Shown: positions 1 through 9,097 of the stretch, one piece after another
How positions within the stretch are numbered: position 1 is the stretch's first letter
Layout of the letters: the number at the start of each line of letters is the position of its first letter
Source of the DNA: Oscillospiraceae bacterium
GTDB lineage: Bacteria; Bacillota; Clostridia; Oscillospirales; Acutalibacteraceae
Direction: 5' to 3'
DNA length: 64,000 bases
Assembly (NCBI GenBank): GCA_015065545.1
Contig: SVQA01000009.1
Coordinates: 19,016-83,015 of the forward strand
The notes under the pieces: generated by a model
What the model was told of the DNA's origin: nothing
The model's input: the letters and a program-made list of their open reading frames with translations, nothing else
Database searches by the model: none
Program-made: the position numbers and the translations under genes

Positions 1-308
1 GTGGACTGTTTTTAAAGAGAGCATTGAGAACACTTCTGACTGTAAACACTCCGCAGCATACGAGGTAAACGCTCTCCTCCATAAACAATCACTGTCACCC
101 GCACCAAAGCATTTAAGCCTGAACCTTTACCAATCGGTGAAAAGTTCAGGCTTGTTTTCAAAAGAAAACTGAAGATGAATTTCTTGGCAACATTACAGTG
201 TTTAAACACTGTTTCGGACTCTTTTCTCAAAATAAAAACCTGCAATTTCACGGGCACATTTCGTTATTAAAAGTCGCCATAATTCACAAAACAAATATAT
301 ATGATAAA

Positions 309-985
309 TCACGCAATCTGCGTAATAACAAGATGAGCAGAAACAGGACGCGTTCCTCCTGCAAGAGGAGTGATTGTCAATGCTACAGCATTACCTGCAG
401 GATTTCGAACGGTCAAAACAGAGTTAATAACAGTAGTTGATACTATAGCCATACCTACAATCTGTGATGCACCTGTTGCTCTTCCAAACACAGTATATTC
501 CAAATCCTCTCCGTTTAAAGTCAACAATAATTGACCTGCTTCATCTACACTTACTTCAAACAGTACCTGATACGTTCCGATTTAAGCCAGATTAAACGAA
601 TCCGCTCCGAGTCTGGAAATATATCAGCACCGCTATTGGGTCCGTCTTGCGGGAAACTAACATCAGTTCCCGGAGCTACCGTTGCCGCATTATCAGGTGG
701 CATTAACGCATAAAAATCTGCATAGTTAAGCACACCTCCTGCAGGACCCTGAGGACCTATGGGACCTACAGGTCCCTGTACCCCCATTAAACCTCTCGGT
801 CCTATGGGTCCTTGAGGTCCTATGGGGCCCTGCTCCCCTGGAGGTCCTTGAGGACCAGGAGGACCAGGGAGGCACTCAGGACAACAAAAGCCACAAGAAC
901 ATTTGTTATCTAAGCTACTTTTTGAACAACTATCATCGTCATTTTCATAACATTTATTGTTATTACTACAATTCCATATTTTCAT
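309..985 (-). pseudogene. BclA-like collagen-repeat exosporium-type protein, disrupted by a frameshift (~612-622) and an in-frame TAA (582-584)
   Basis: Cys-rich N-terminus, then GPx triplets ([18 protein letters not shown]...). After ADI the C-terminal domain continues in another frame ([35 protein letters not shown]...) and joins ORF 309..527. RBS GGAGGTG upstream of the ATG at 985. Confidence 0.8.
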
Positions 986-1270
986 TATATCACCTCCTAA
1001 ATAGGTCTGTTATATATTTTTCTTTCTCACATTTAAGGGACACTTAAAAATATACTATTTTGTTCTACTGTCTTCTAAAAATTACTTTTTTCTACTATTT
1101 AGAATTTATCATAACTATAGCAAAGCTTCATCTATCATAATCCACATCTACTCTCGGGGATCACTGTGAATTTTAAAATCCAACGAAAATTTTCAAACTT
1201 CCCCAAGGTAGCATTACAATTAGTTTTAGGTGCAAGACTATGTAGCTTAAAGTCCTTCAACGGACCATAA

Positions 1271-1302
1271 GAAAAAGGGATACCCTTTTGGCATCCCTTT
1301 TC
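1271..1302. terminator. Intrinsic terminator-like hairpin
   Basis: aaaaagggat-accc-ttttgg-catccctttt inverted repeat with A/T tracts. Confidence 0.55.
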
Positions 1303-1456
1303 AATATTTTTTGTGTGGTATCATAAGGGCAACAGGCTGAATAATGTTTAATCGTCATCAATACTCGCAATTTTAATCACCTTGCAGCCTGCGGAAAATT
1401 ATGCTAAGATGTAACAGGACAAATATCTTTTATTCTGATAGCAAAGGAGAACAAAA

Positions 1457-2010
1457 ATGACCGATAAAATCAAAGAATTTCGAGATGGTATCTTTGCCCT
1501 TCGTACTCGAGATTCGGCACCATTGCCGAGCTTATGATAGAAACCCTTTACAGTTTTACAAAATCCCACAATCAGTTTCACGACCGATACGACGAAGCCG
1601 GACACCAAAGAATCGAAATAAAATTCTCAACTGTTATGAAAGCCAACGATGCCGCTATCAACCGCGAAAACGCCATTGAACAATGCAAGAAAGCAAACCT
1701 TGGAAACCGTGCACTTAACAGTACAGATATGTTAAGCCATAAATTTGATTGCAACATACAGCAGGTAAAATGCTCGGAGTTTGACGTTCTATACTATGGT
1801 CTGTTTTTTGCTGACCGCATCGCAATTTTCAAAATGACCTCAGATGAGCTTCCCGCTTGCCTCGGATATTCCGATAAACAACATAAAGGAAACAAAGGTG
1901 AGGGGCAATTCCACCTAAACAACAAAACTATAGATTTTCATACACAAAGCCACTTTGTTCAGTGGCTTACATACGAAGAGCTGTACGAGCTGTTAGATAC
2001 CAAGAAATAG
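1457..2010 (+). pseudogene. Putative type II restriction endonuclease with a 1-nt frameshift near 1509
   Basis: RBS AAGGAG then ATG 1457 (MTDKIKEFRDGIFALRTR), shifting into the 1534 frame (RFGTIAELMIETLY...). PD-(D/E)xK-like HDRYD...RIEIKFS motif. Convergent with and overlapping the 3' end of an N6-adenine MTase. Confidence 0.6.
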
Positions 2011-4161
2011 GCTTTTGTTTTTCAGAGCATTTCCGATAACTTTTCCTTGCTCTTCATCAAGTCCATACAGTGCCATAATATCTTTATCCAAATCTTCATA
2101 CAGACCGATAATGTTTTGAGACGAACTCATTATGCGGTCTGTTTTTTTTATTACAGCTGTTTGAACTTCTTTGGAAACCATTGGTATGGGCATCTGTTCA
2201 ATATGAGAACGAAGTAGTTTTACGGAATTGAATTTTTTGGAAATATAGTATGCGGCAACACTTGAATTTAGTATAGCAAGGATATACTTCATCTCAAGCC
2301 CCTCAATTTCTGGAATAAGAATGTTACAGCTGTTAAGCGAAAGGGTCTGCTTGTCGTCATAAGCAAACACAGGCACCTCACATATAAAGCGATAAAGGAG
2401 CTTCTCCTTTGCCCGATACAGCTCTGCAGGAGCTACCTGCTGGAAAGCTTCAGGTTCAAAACGAATGTAGTTATCAGAGGGAGTAAATCCGTATCTGTAA
2501 ATATCACTGCCCTTTAAAACGACTTCGTTATCGTCTTGCTTTTCGTCAGAAATAAACTCCTTGTTATTGCCCGTTACAATTCCGAGAGCAAATTTTGCAT
2601 TTTCTTTGAGATACACTGCATTTTCAATATGGCTGATAGTGTTTAGGCATTCATATTCTTCGTCAGATACATTGAAAGCAAAGGCTCCGTCAGAAAAATT
2701 CCTCGGCTGAGATATGGTAAACCTTTCATTATTTACAGAAACTCTGCAGCCTGCTACGTTTTTTTCATAATCCTTTGTAATGCCGAGGATAATAGCAGGA
2801 CACTGAACCCCTGTAAAAGCATTACCAAGATAAGAAATAAATTTAAAGGAACAGCAATCAAGTATGAGCCTTCTCACAGCTTCATGTGCCGCAACACCAA
2901 GTATTGCTTCGGGAAGAACAAAAGACAGCACTCCGCCGGGCAATAGCATATCAAGCGTTTTTTCTACGAATACATCATAGGATTCAATGTTTTTACCAAC
3001 TGCGGTTTTGAACACCTTTCGGCATCTCTCTGCCTCTTCCGGCGTGAAATCACTTCCCCAAGGGGGATTACCGAGAATCACGTCAAATTTACGTTCAAAG
3101 GTTTCAAAGAATGTATTTCCGATAATAATTCTATTACGCAGATCAGCTACAGTCAGATTCGGTGCCATAAGGGCAATATTGATTCTGGCAAGGCAAACAC
3201 TGGTAGGGTCTACATCCTGACCATAAATATTTGAGTAATCGATACCTTTTTTTCCGAGAGATAAAAGGAAGTTACCCGTACCGCAACAAGGGTCGCAAAT
3301 CGTTCTCAAATTAAGCTGTAAATCATTCTCATAAAGCCTTTCTATCATCTCGCCAACTATCTTCTCGGGAGTATAATAAATGCCCGAGCTTTTTCGCTGA
3401 CCAATATCATGCAAAGAAATATAAATAAAACCAAGAGTGTCCTCACCTTTAACAAATGTTATCTCTTTTGTCAAAGCAGGAAGGAGCTTCTTGATTTGGG
3501 AAGCCTTGAGATTATAATTCCCAATCAAATCTTTAACAAGAATATGAAAATCATCTCTGTGAGCTTCAAGCAAAAAGCTATGCAAAACATAATTATCAAA
3601 GTATTCGATCCCATGGCTTTGATAGTAAAGCTGAACGGCAAAGTTAGCCAAAACTATCAGTAAATCCGTTTCATACTCAAAGACTTTAAGTTCCAGAAGG
3701 TCAGAAACCAATCTCTGATTACTCTCATTACGGACATAATCCTTGTAAAGAATCTTACCCATTGCACTCTTTTTGTTTCTTCGGCTTTTGAGCTTTGTGC
3801 TGTTCTCAGATCTGATTTCTGCAACAACCTTCTCAATATATTCACCGCTGAAAAACAATCCGTTCACATCAGGTGTTATCTTACCTAACCGAATCCAGTT
3901 TTTAGCAGTAGCCTTTGAAATTGAGAGAATCCTGCATACATCATCAACCGTCAAAATCTTCGATGATACATCAAAAAGACTCAGTTGATTCTCGTCAACC
4001 TGCTTTTTTCTGGCATCCGAAGGTTTAGGAGCGTCCTCAGGTATCAGCCATACTCCGCTAACCATAGTAGCCCCCTCAATACGTCCCTGCTCACACAAGG
4101 TCTGTACCCGACGTTTTGAGATACCAAACTTTAAAGCTGCATCCCCAACAGAAATATACAT
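1993..4161 (-). CDS. TaqI-like (gamma-class) N6-adenine DNA methyltransferase with two N-terminal excisionase-type HTH domains
   Basis: GIYYTP (motif X), DPCCGTGNF (motif I), GNPPW (motif IV), TaqI_C-like GIVTGNNK...LLYRFI. Start set at ATG 4161 (MYISVG) by GGAGG RBS. Confidence 0.9.
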   Translation of the reverse strand: MYISVGDAALKFGISKRRVQTLCEQGRIEGATMVSGVWLIPEDAPKPSDARKKQVDENQLSLFDVSSKILTVDDVCRILSISKATAKNWIRLGKITPDVNGLFFSGEYIEKVVAEIRSENSTKLKSRRNKKSAMGKILYKDYVRNESNQRLVSDLLELKVFEYETDLLIVLANFAVQLYYQSHGIEYFDNYVLHSFLLEAHRDDFHILVKDLIGNYNLKASQIKKLLPALTKEITFVKGEDTLGFIYISLHDIGQRKSSGIYYTPEKIVGEMIERLYENDLQLNLRTICDPCCGTGNFLLSLGKKGIDYSNIYGQDVDPTSVCLARINIALMAPNLTVADLRNRIIIGNTFFETFERKFDVILGNPPWGSDFTPEEAERCRKVFKTAVGKNIESYDVFVEKTLDMLLPGGVLSFVLPEAILGVAAHEAVRRLILDCCSFKFISYLGNAFTGVQCPAIILGITKDYEKNVAGCRVSVNNERFTISQPRNFSDGAFAFNVSDEEYECLNTISHIENAVYLKENAKFALGIVTGNNKEFISDEKQDDNEVVLKGSDIYRYGFTPSDNYIRFEPEAFQQVAPAELYRAKEKLLYRFICEVPVFAYDDKQTLSLNSCNILIPEIEGLEMKYILAILNSSVAAYYISKKFNSVKLLRSHIEQMPIPMVSKEVQTAVIKKTDRIMSSSQNIIGLYEDLDKDIMALYGLDEEQGKVIGNALKNKSLFLGI

Positions 4162-4286
4162 AGCCGCCTCCAAATTCTTTAATGATTTAACTATACTCTC
4201 TCCTGCGAACAATGTCAACATTAATGATCTAAACGAATTTGTCCTTAATTTATTGAGCTAAGTAAACTCATAAATAATGCTTTTAA

Positions 4287-4319
4287 CCAAACGGGCACCT
4301 TAGAAGGTGCCTGTTTGTC
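4287..4319. terminator. Hairpin terminator between secreted-protein gene and MTase
   Basis: aaacgggcacctt-aga-aggtgcctgttt inverted repeat. Confidence 0.55.
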
Positions 4320-4422
4320 TTTAAATGCAGATAAAACACAAAACAGGCAGCCTCGCTTAATTGCAAGACTGCCTGTGGTGCAGGAACTTTTGGATTGGAT
4401 ATTATTGGTTGCTACTTAATAC

Positions 4423-4914
4423 TTAATAATAGCTGCTTACCTTATATGTACTCTTAACTCTCCATGTAGGATAAGAAGTATAATTTCCTTTAGATAAACA
4501 CTTGATGGTTGCTGCTGTGGAATCCCATTTGATTGTAATGTTATAGGTCTTGTTGGGCTTAAGGTTCAGCTTGATGCTACCGTCTTTAAGTGTTTTGTAA
4601 AACGTATGACTGCCGTCTGTGGCCCTTACGGTAATATCCCACTCACCATACTGATTAGAATTTTTGTATGTAGTTTTACCTGTAAATATATTGTAATTTT
4701 TCTTTGTACAAACACCCTTGCTCTGAGAAATTGTTATTGATTCAGAGCCGGGAATCCAGTAGTTAGCCTTGGTTTTTACAGTAATTGTTCTTGTACTGAT
4801 ACCACTGCTGCAGGTAGCCGCAGATGTAGGCACAGTAATTGCGAACATTGTGCAGAAAATCATTGCGATAGCGATAAGTGTAGTAAAAAGCTTCTTTGTT
4901 CTTGTCATTGTCAT
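4423..4914 (-). CDS. Secreted basic hypothetical protein
   Basis: Sec signal peptide (KKLFTTLIAIAMIFCTMFAITVPTSA|A), GGAGG RBS, Lys/Thr-rich mature region, no recognised family. Confidence 0.75.
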   Translation of the reverse strand: MTMTRTKKLFTTLIAIAMIFCTMFAITVPTSAATCSSGISTRTITVKTKANYWIPGSESITISQSKGVCTKKNYNIFTGKTTYKNSNQYGEWDITVRATDGSHTFYKTLKDGSIKLNLKPNKTYNITIKWDSTAATIKCLSKGNYTSYPTWRVKSTYKVSSYY

Positions 4915-5293
4915 TTTTCATTTCCTCCAAAGTTTGTTGTAATTAAGTTTTATAAGTTATTTAAGTAACATCAATTGCAGCTTTTACAGACCACGAGGGT
5001 CTGTCTTCATATATCCAATCCCTCCCCTATGAAATTTTCAAAGTCCTTTACTGATAAAACTCTGCGATTTTTTATTTTCTCAGGAGTTTTATTTTTTGTA
5101 GCAATTATTTTATTTTGTTTAGTTGCTACACCATAAAGAACACTATAAACAACTGTTTTTCGCAGGAATAGCAGAAATATTTCACAAATATCTGAAAATA
5201 AAATTCTTTTTTCTTTAAATGATGTTATAAGCTATTTTATATGCTATATACTTTTATCCCAAATTCTAAAAAAAGAAAGGACTGACACCATGT

Positions 5294-5992
5294 ATGACCT
5301 ATGTTGTTTCTGATCTGCACGGTTATCCTGTTGAACGTATCGGGCGTAAACTCTCGGAAATCGGCTTTTCACCAGAAGATAACCTTTATGTTCTGGGTGA
5401 CTGTATCGACCGAGGCTCTGACGGACTCAAAATCATCAGATGGATAATGTCCTGCCCCAATGTAATATTGCTTATGGGAAACCACGAATCCATGCTTCTT
5501 AAGAACAGAGGGCTCTTTGAAGGAGACCGAATCCCCTGTGCCAGTGAGCTTACAGGAGCAAAACGCAATTATTATTCTGTTTGGGTTTCCAACGGCGGCT
5601 TTGCTACTATGGATGCTATGCAACAGTATACTCACGCTCAGATAAGATATATGCTGGACTATATTGAAAAAGCTCCTCTCTACAAAGAAATTGAGGTAGG
5701 CGGTAAAAAGTATATTCTTTGTCACAGCGGTCTCGGTGATTTCAATACAGATAAAAAGCTTTCCGATTACTCGGAATACGACCTTTTATGGAGCAGACCT
5801 TCCCTTGAAACAAGATATTACGAAGACGGCACAATTGTTGTTTTCGGTCACACCCCTACTACTCTGTACGGAAGTAAATTCAAGAACAAGCCCGTCTTCA
5901 CAGACACATGGATTGATATTGATGTAGGTGCAGGATTGGGACTTTCTCCTATGATTCTTCGTCTCGATGATATGAAAGAATTTTATTTCTGA
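5294..5992 (+). CDS. Calcineurin-like metallophosphoesterase (PrpA/ApaH-like Ser/Thr phosphatase)
   Basis: DLHG, GDCIDRG, GNHE, HSG and FGHTP motifs; GAAAGGA RBS. Confidence 0.9.
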   Translation: MTYVVSDLHGYPVERIGRKLSEIGFSPEDNLYVLGDCIDRGSDGLKIIRWIMSCPNVILLMGNHESMLLKNRGLFEGDRIPCASELTGAKRNYYSVWVSNGGFATMDAMQQYTHAQIRYMLDYIEKAPLYKEIEVGGKKYILCHSGLGDFNTDKKLSDYSEYDLLWSRPSLETRYYEDGTIVVFGHTPTTLYGSKFKNKPVFTDTWIDIDVGAGLGLSPMILRLDDMKEFYF

Positions 5993-6091
5993 ACAAAATC
6001 CGTCAAAAGGAAACTATATCCTTGACTTATAAATTCAAAGGATATACAATAATATAAATGTAGTTTACTAAATAAAGAAAGGATCATTTTT

Positions 6092-6328
6092 ATGTTCTGT
6101 CCCAATTGCGGTACCGAAAATCCCACAGGTGCTTTCTGCAAAATAAAAGGTCTTGTAATCGCAGGTCTTGTCCTCACAATAATTTACAGCCTTGTATTCT
6201 GTCCCGTTTGGGTTACACTTCTGCTGATTGCTCTTCACATCACTATGATTGTGTTCATCAGTATAGTAAAAAACGAGTACAAGGAATATACTCGCAACCC
6301 TGAAGCTTATGCTCAAAAAAAAGCATAA
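6092..6328 (+). CDS. Small membrane protein with incomplete N-terminal zinc ribbon
   Basis: MFCPNCGTENP...FC followed by two hydrophobic helices; GAAAGGA RBS; terminator downstream. Confidence 0.65.
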   Translation: MFCPNCGTENPTGAFCKIKGLVIAGLVLTIIYSLVFCPVWVTLLLIALHITMIVFISIVKNEYKEYTRNPEAYAQKKA

Positions 6329-6354
6329 CAGCAAATAAGCACACATAAAAATTC

Positions 6355-6388
6355 AGTCCCTGCACAAAAATGCAGGGACTTTTCTTTT
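6355..6388. terminator. Terminator between convergent genes
   Basis: agtccctgca-caaaaa-tgcagggact followed by T tract. Confidence 0.75.
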
Positions 6389-6413
6389 GCGTTATTCTTT
6401 TGTTCTTGCAGCT

Positions 6414-7280
6414 TTATGCCTTAACCTTTGTCTTTGCAACAGCATGGTATTCTGTTACACCTACGATGGTTTCTCCGTCAATCTGCAAGGGTGCAGGGCG
6501 GTCAAACTTAACTGTGATATCGTGACCTGAGTGAATCTTAATCATATTCTTGTACTTCAAGTGTTCACCCTTGAACATTGAAGGAAATGCAATCAGACTG
6601 CGAATCTTACCTTTACCGTAATAGAACATTACAGAAAGCTTACCATCCTCGCTCATTCTGTCCTGCTCGGGAGTAGGCATCATACCACCGCCATAGAAGC
6701 GACCCTTCATTGTGGGAGCAAGCCATACCTTGTTGTACTTATACTCCTTGCCGTCAACAACAAGAGTTGCGTTAGTGGGCTTATAGTGGAACAAAAGACC
6801 CTTAATGGCAATTGAGGTATAATCAACGGGCTTGGGAGATGCTTTTTTCATTTCATCGCCCACCTCACAGCAATAGCCGTCAATACCGAAGCCAACATTA
6901 TTCAGGAAATAGTAATCTTTGCCCTTGACCGTTACAACAGGAAGATTCTGCAGATATTTCTTGATGGAGAAGGGTTCTTTTACTCCTACCTTCTCAACAT
7001 CACGAAGGAAATCGTTACCTGTGCCGATAGCATAATAAAGCACATCACAAGGAATTTTAACCTCTGCAGTATCATTCACGAAACGATTGATTGTACCATC
7101 ACCGCCGCAAAGGATAATCGCATCCTCAGCCGAAACACCGGCGAAGAAATCCTTATAATCAGAAATCTTTGTTACATCCATATTTACAAGCTCAGCATCA
7201 AAGAAATCTGAAAGTTTAGTGATTTTTTCTTCTGCCTTACCATCGCCTGCAAGGGGATTGTATAAAACGTAATATTTCAT
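6414..7280 (-). CDS. Diacylglycerol/lipid kinase family protein (DAGK_cat, YegS/DgkB-like)
   Basis: NPLAG, GGDGTIN, GTGNDF, QIDGE motifs; start at ATG 7280 with GGAGG RBS. Confidence 0.92.
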   Translation of the reverse strand: MKYYVLYNPLAGDGKAEEKITKLSDFFDAELVNMDVTKISDYKDFFAGVSAEDAIILCGGDGTINRFVNDTAEVKIPCDVLYYAIGTGNDFLRDVEKVGVKEPFSIKKYLQNLPVVTVKGKDYYFLNNVGFGIDGYCCEVGDEMKKASPKPVDYTSIAIKGLLFHYKPTNATLVVDGKEYKYNKVWLAPTMKGRFYGGGMMPTPEQDRMSEDGKLSVMFYYGKGKIRSLIAFPSMFKGEHLKYKNMIKIHSGHDITVKFDRPAPLQIDGETIVGVTEYHAVAKTKVKA

Positions 7281-7399
7281 AGTCTGCCTCCATAGTCGAC
7301 AATTTTTTACATTTGTCATTATAAAGACAAAAATAAACTGAAAATAAAGTTTTTGATAAAACATCAGTAACACTTTCCATACAAATGAAGAGTTTTCCA

Positions 7400-7493
7400 C
7401 AAACAAAAAAAGAGGTACTCCACAGTACCTCTTATGTCGGGATGTTAAGAACCCAACGCATATAATATAACATATTTACTCTGCTAATGTCAA
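7400..7493 (-). promoter_or_regulatory. SigA promoter, short hairpin and intrinsic terminator upstream of the lipid kinase (attenuator or small RNA)
   Basis: TTGACA (7493-7488)-18 nt-TGnTATATT (7469-7464); stem GUUGGG/CCCGAC; terminator AAGAGGUACU/AGUACCUCUU plus U7. Confidence 0.6.
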
Positions 7494-7579
7494 TTGATAT
7501 GTTGAAATTTATATGGCATACACCACAATTTCTACGATATGTTATAAATTATTATATTAACTTTGTACAATATTCCATC

Positions 7580-8072
7580 TTGAAAATACCCCTACCCTAT
7601 GCTATATTATAGACAGAAAGGATGATACCAATGAAGAGGTAAAAACCTTCGGGTTCAAAACTACTGCAAAACCAAAATTAAATAAGAAAACTAAAGTTAA
7701 TCTGAAACAAAATCGCTAATTAAAACGTGAAACAAAGGATTAAAAATCTGCAAGGTAAGCAGTACGATCAAAAAGAAATTTACCAAATCTAATTTTTTCA
7801 GGTCACAAAATCCAAAACAGATTGAAATTAAAGCTTACTTAATTCAGTTGCAAGTTTAGAACCTAAAACATTGTAATTCTAAAACTCCATCCGACACATA
7901 AGTAAATCTCGCTTAGGAGATAAAAGAAAGAAAAAGTGATACGGAAGCAGAAACAAGAAAAGCAATGTTATCCTGCAGAACAGAGAGGTAGACAACGATG
8001 TTAGATAACAAGAGTGAACAGATTTAACCCTTGACTTGAGTGTAAAACAAAAGTCAAGGGTTATTTCTTTTT
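7580..8072 (+). ncRNA. Candidate ~450-nt A-rich transcript of unknown class with two RBS-led micro-ORFs
   Basis: TTGAAA-17-TGnTATATT promoter (7580-7608), no ORF in the 60-aa track, C(UUCG)G hairpin 7644-7655, 12-bp terminator 8026-8062 plus T tract. Confidence 0.45.
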
Positions 8073-8260
8073 GTGTAGATTTACGCTAAGCTGTGTATTT
8101 AGCCACTTATTTATATAGCTCTCTCAATGAGAGCTGGCATTTTCAAGAAAATAATGTATTCCTTACGTTCATTATTTGTCAAAAGTCTTTCCTCCTTCTT
8201 CATATTGAAAATTTCTGCAGATTTGCTATAATCAATGTAGAAATTTTACAGAGGGATATT

Positions 8261-8938
8261 ATGAAAATAATTGCAAAAATCAAAACCGACTTCCCCACAA
8301 AATTCGGAATACCAAGACAAAGCGGTCTTATCGACAATGTTGCTACCATTGTTTTCGAGAAGGAATACCGCTTCGACGAAGCACTCAGAGGCATTGAGGA
8401 ATACAGCCATCTGTGGCTTTTGTGGGAATTTTCCGAGGTAAAAGACAAGGAATGGTCACCGACGGTTAGACCTCCCAGACTCGGCGGAAACAAGCGTGTT
8501 GGTGTCTTTGCCACTCGTTCACCCTTCAGACCCAACCCTGTGGGACTTTCCTGCGTTGAGCTTTTAGGGTGTGAAAAGACTAACGAGGGTACGGTGCTCA
8601 TCGTCAAGGGTGCCGACCTTATGAACAACACCCCCATCTATGACATAAAACCCTATATTCCTTATGTGGATTGCAAGCCCGAAGCAAAAGGCAGTTTTTC
8701 AGAGGAGAAAAAGAACTATGCACTTTTTGTGGAGTGTGCAGAGGATTCACTCTCTTTAATTCCGACAGAGAAGCAAAGCCCTCTTTTGCAGCTTCTATCT
8801 CAAGACCCTCGACCTGCTTACATAGATGACCCTGCTCGTATTTATGGTTTTGAGTACGCAGGCTTTGAAGTAAAGTTCAAGGTTGAAAACGACACCTTGT
8901 TTGTAATTGACGTAAAGCTCCTAAATAATTCTTGTTGA
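8261..8938 (+). CDS. trmO: tRNA (N6-threonylcarbamoyladenosine37-N6)-methyltransferase TrmO
   Basis: KFGIPRQSG, TVRPPRLGGN, GVFATRSPFRPNPVGLS, DIKPYIP and QDPRPAY motifs. Confidence 0.93.
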   Translation: MKIIAKIKTDFPTKFGIPRQSGLIDNVATIVFEKEYRFDEALRGIEEYSHLWLLWEFSEVKDKEWSPTVRPPRLGGNKRVGVFATRSPFRPNPVGLSCVELLGCEKTNEGTVLIVKGADLMNNTPIYDIKPYIPYVDCKPEAKGSFSEEKKNYALFVECAEDSLSLIPTEKQSPLLQLLSQDPRPAYIDDPARIYGFEYAGFEVKFKVENDTLFVIDVKLLNNSC

Positions 8939-9011
8939 GAATTTTATACATAAATATTTTGCGGATATGATCCATTTAATCTGGGATCCTATCCGCATTT
9001 TTTCGGAATGT

Positions 9012-9029
9012 ATGTTATTTTTTTAACAT
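9012..9029. promoter_or_regulatory. Putative Rex (NADH/NAD+ sensor) operator
   Basis: ATGTTATTTTTTTAACAT, 18 bp, resembles clostridial Rex consensus TTGTTAANNNNTTAACAA; lies upstream of an NAD-linked hydrogenase operon. Confidence 0.55.
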
Positions 9030-9097
9030 TTATTTTCACTATTTACAGAATATCCCTGAAATATCAGTTTTTTTCCCAAAAGTTTTGCAATTTAATA

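Noticed and set aside
12-257. 81-aa minus-strand ORF and overlapping 198..440 ORF
   Set aside because: No RBS and no recognisable motif; may be a decayed fragment but cannot be supported.
720-870. Repetitive GGACC/GGTCC DNA
   Set aside because: Explained by collagen Gly-Pro-X codons.
1325-1395. CAGGCTG...CAGCCTG inverted repeat upstream of the REase gene, followed on the minus strand by a terminator
   Set aside because: Only 7 bp and no convincing promoter, so too weak to call an sRNA.
7436-7457. Resemblance to a preQ1-I aptamer (GGGUUC...UCCC)
   Set aside because: Lacks the A-rich 3' tail and the downstream gene is unrelated to queuosine; kept only as an unclassified leader.
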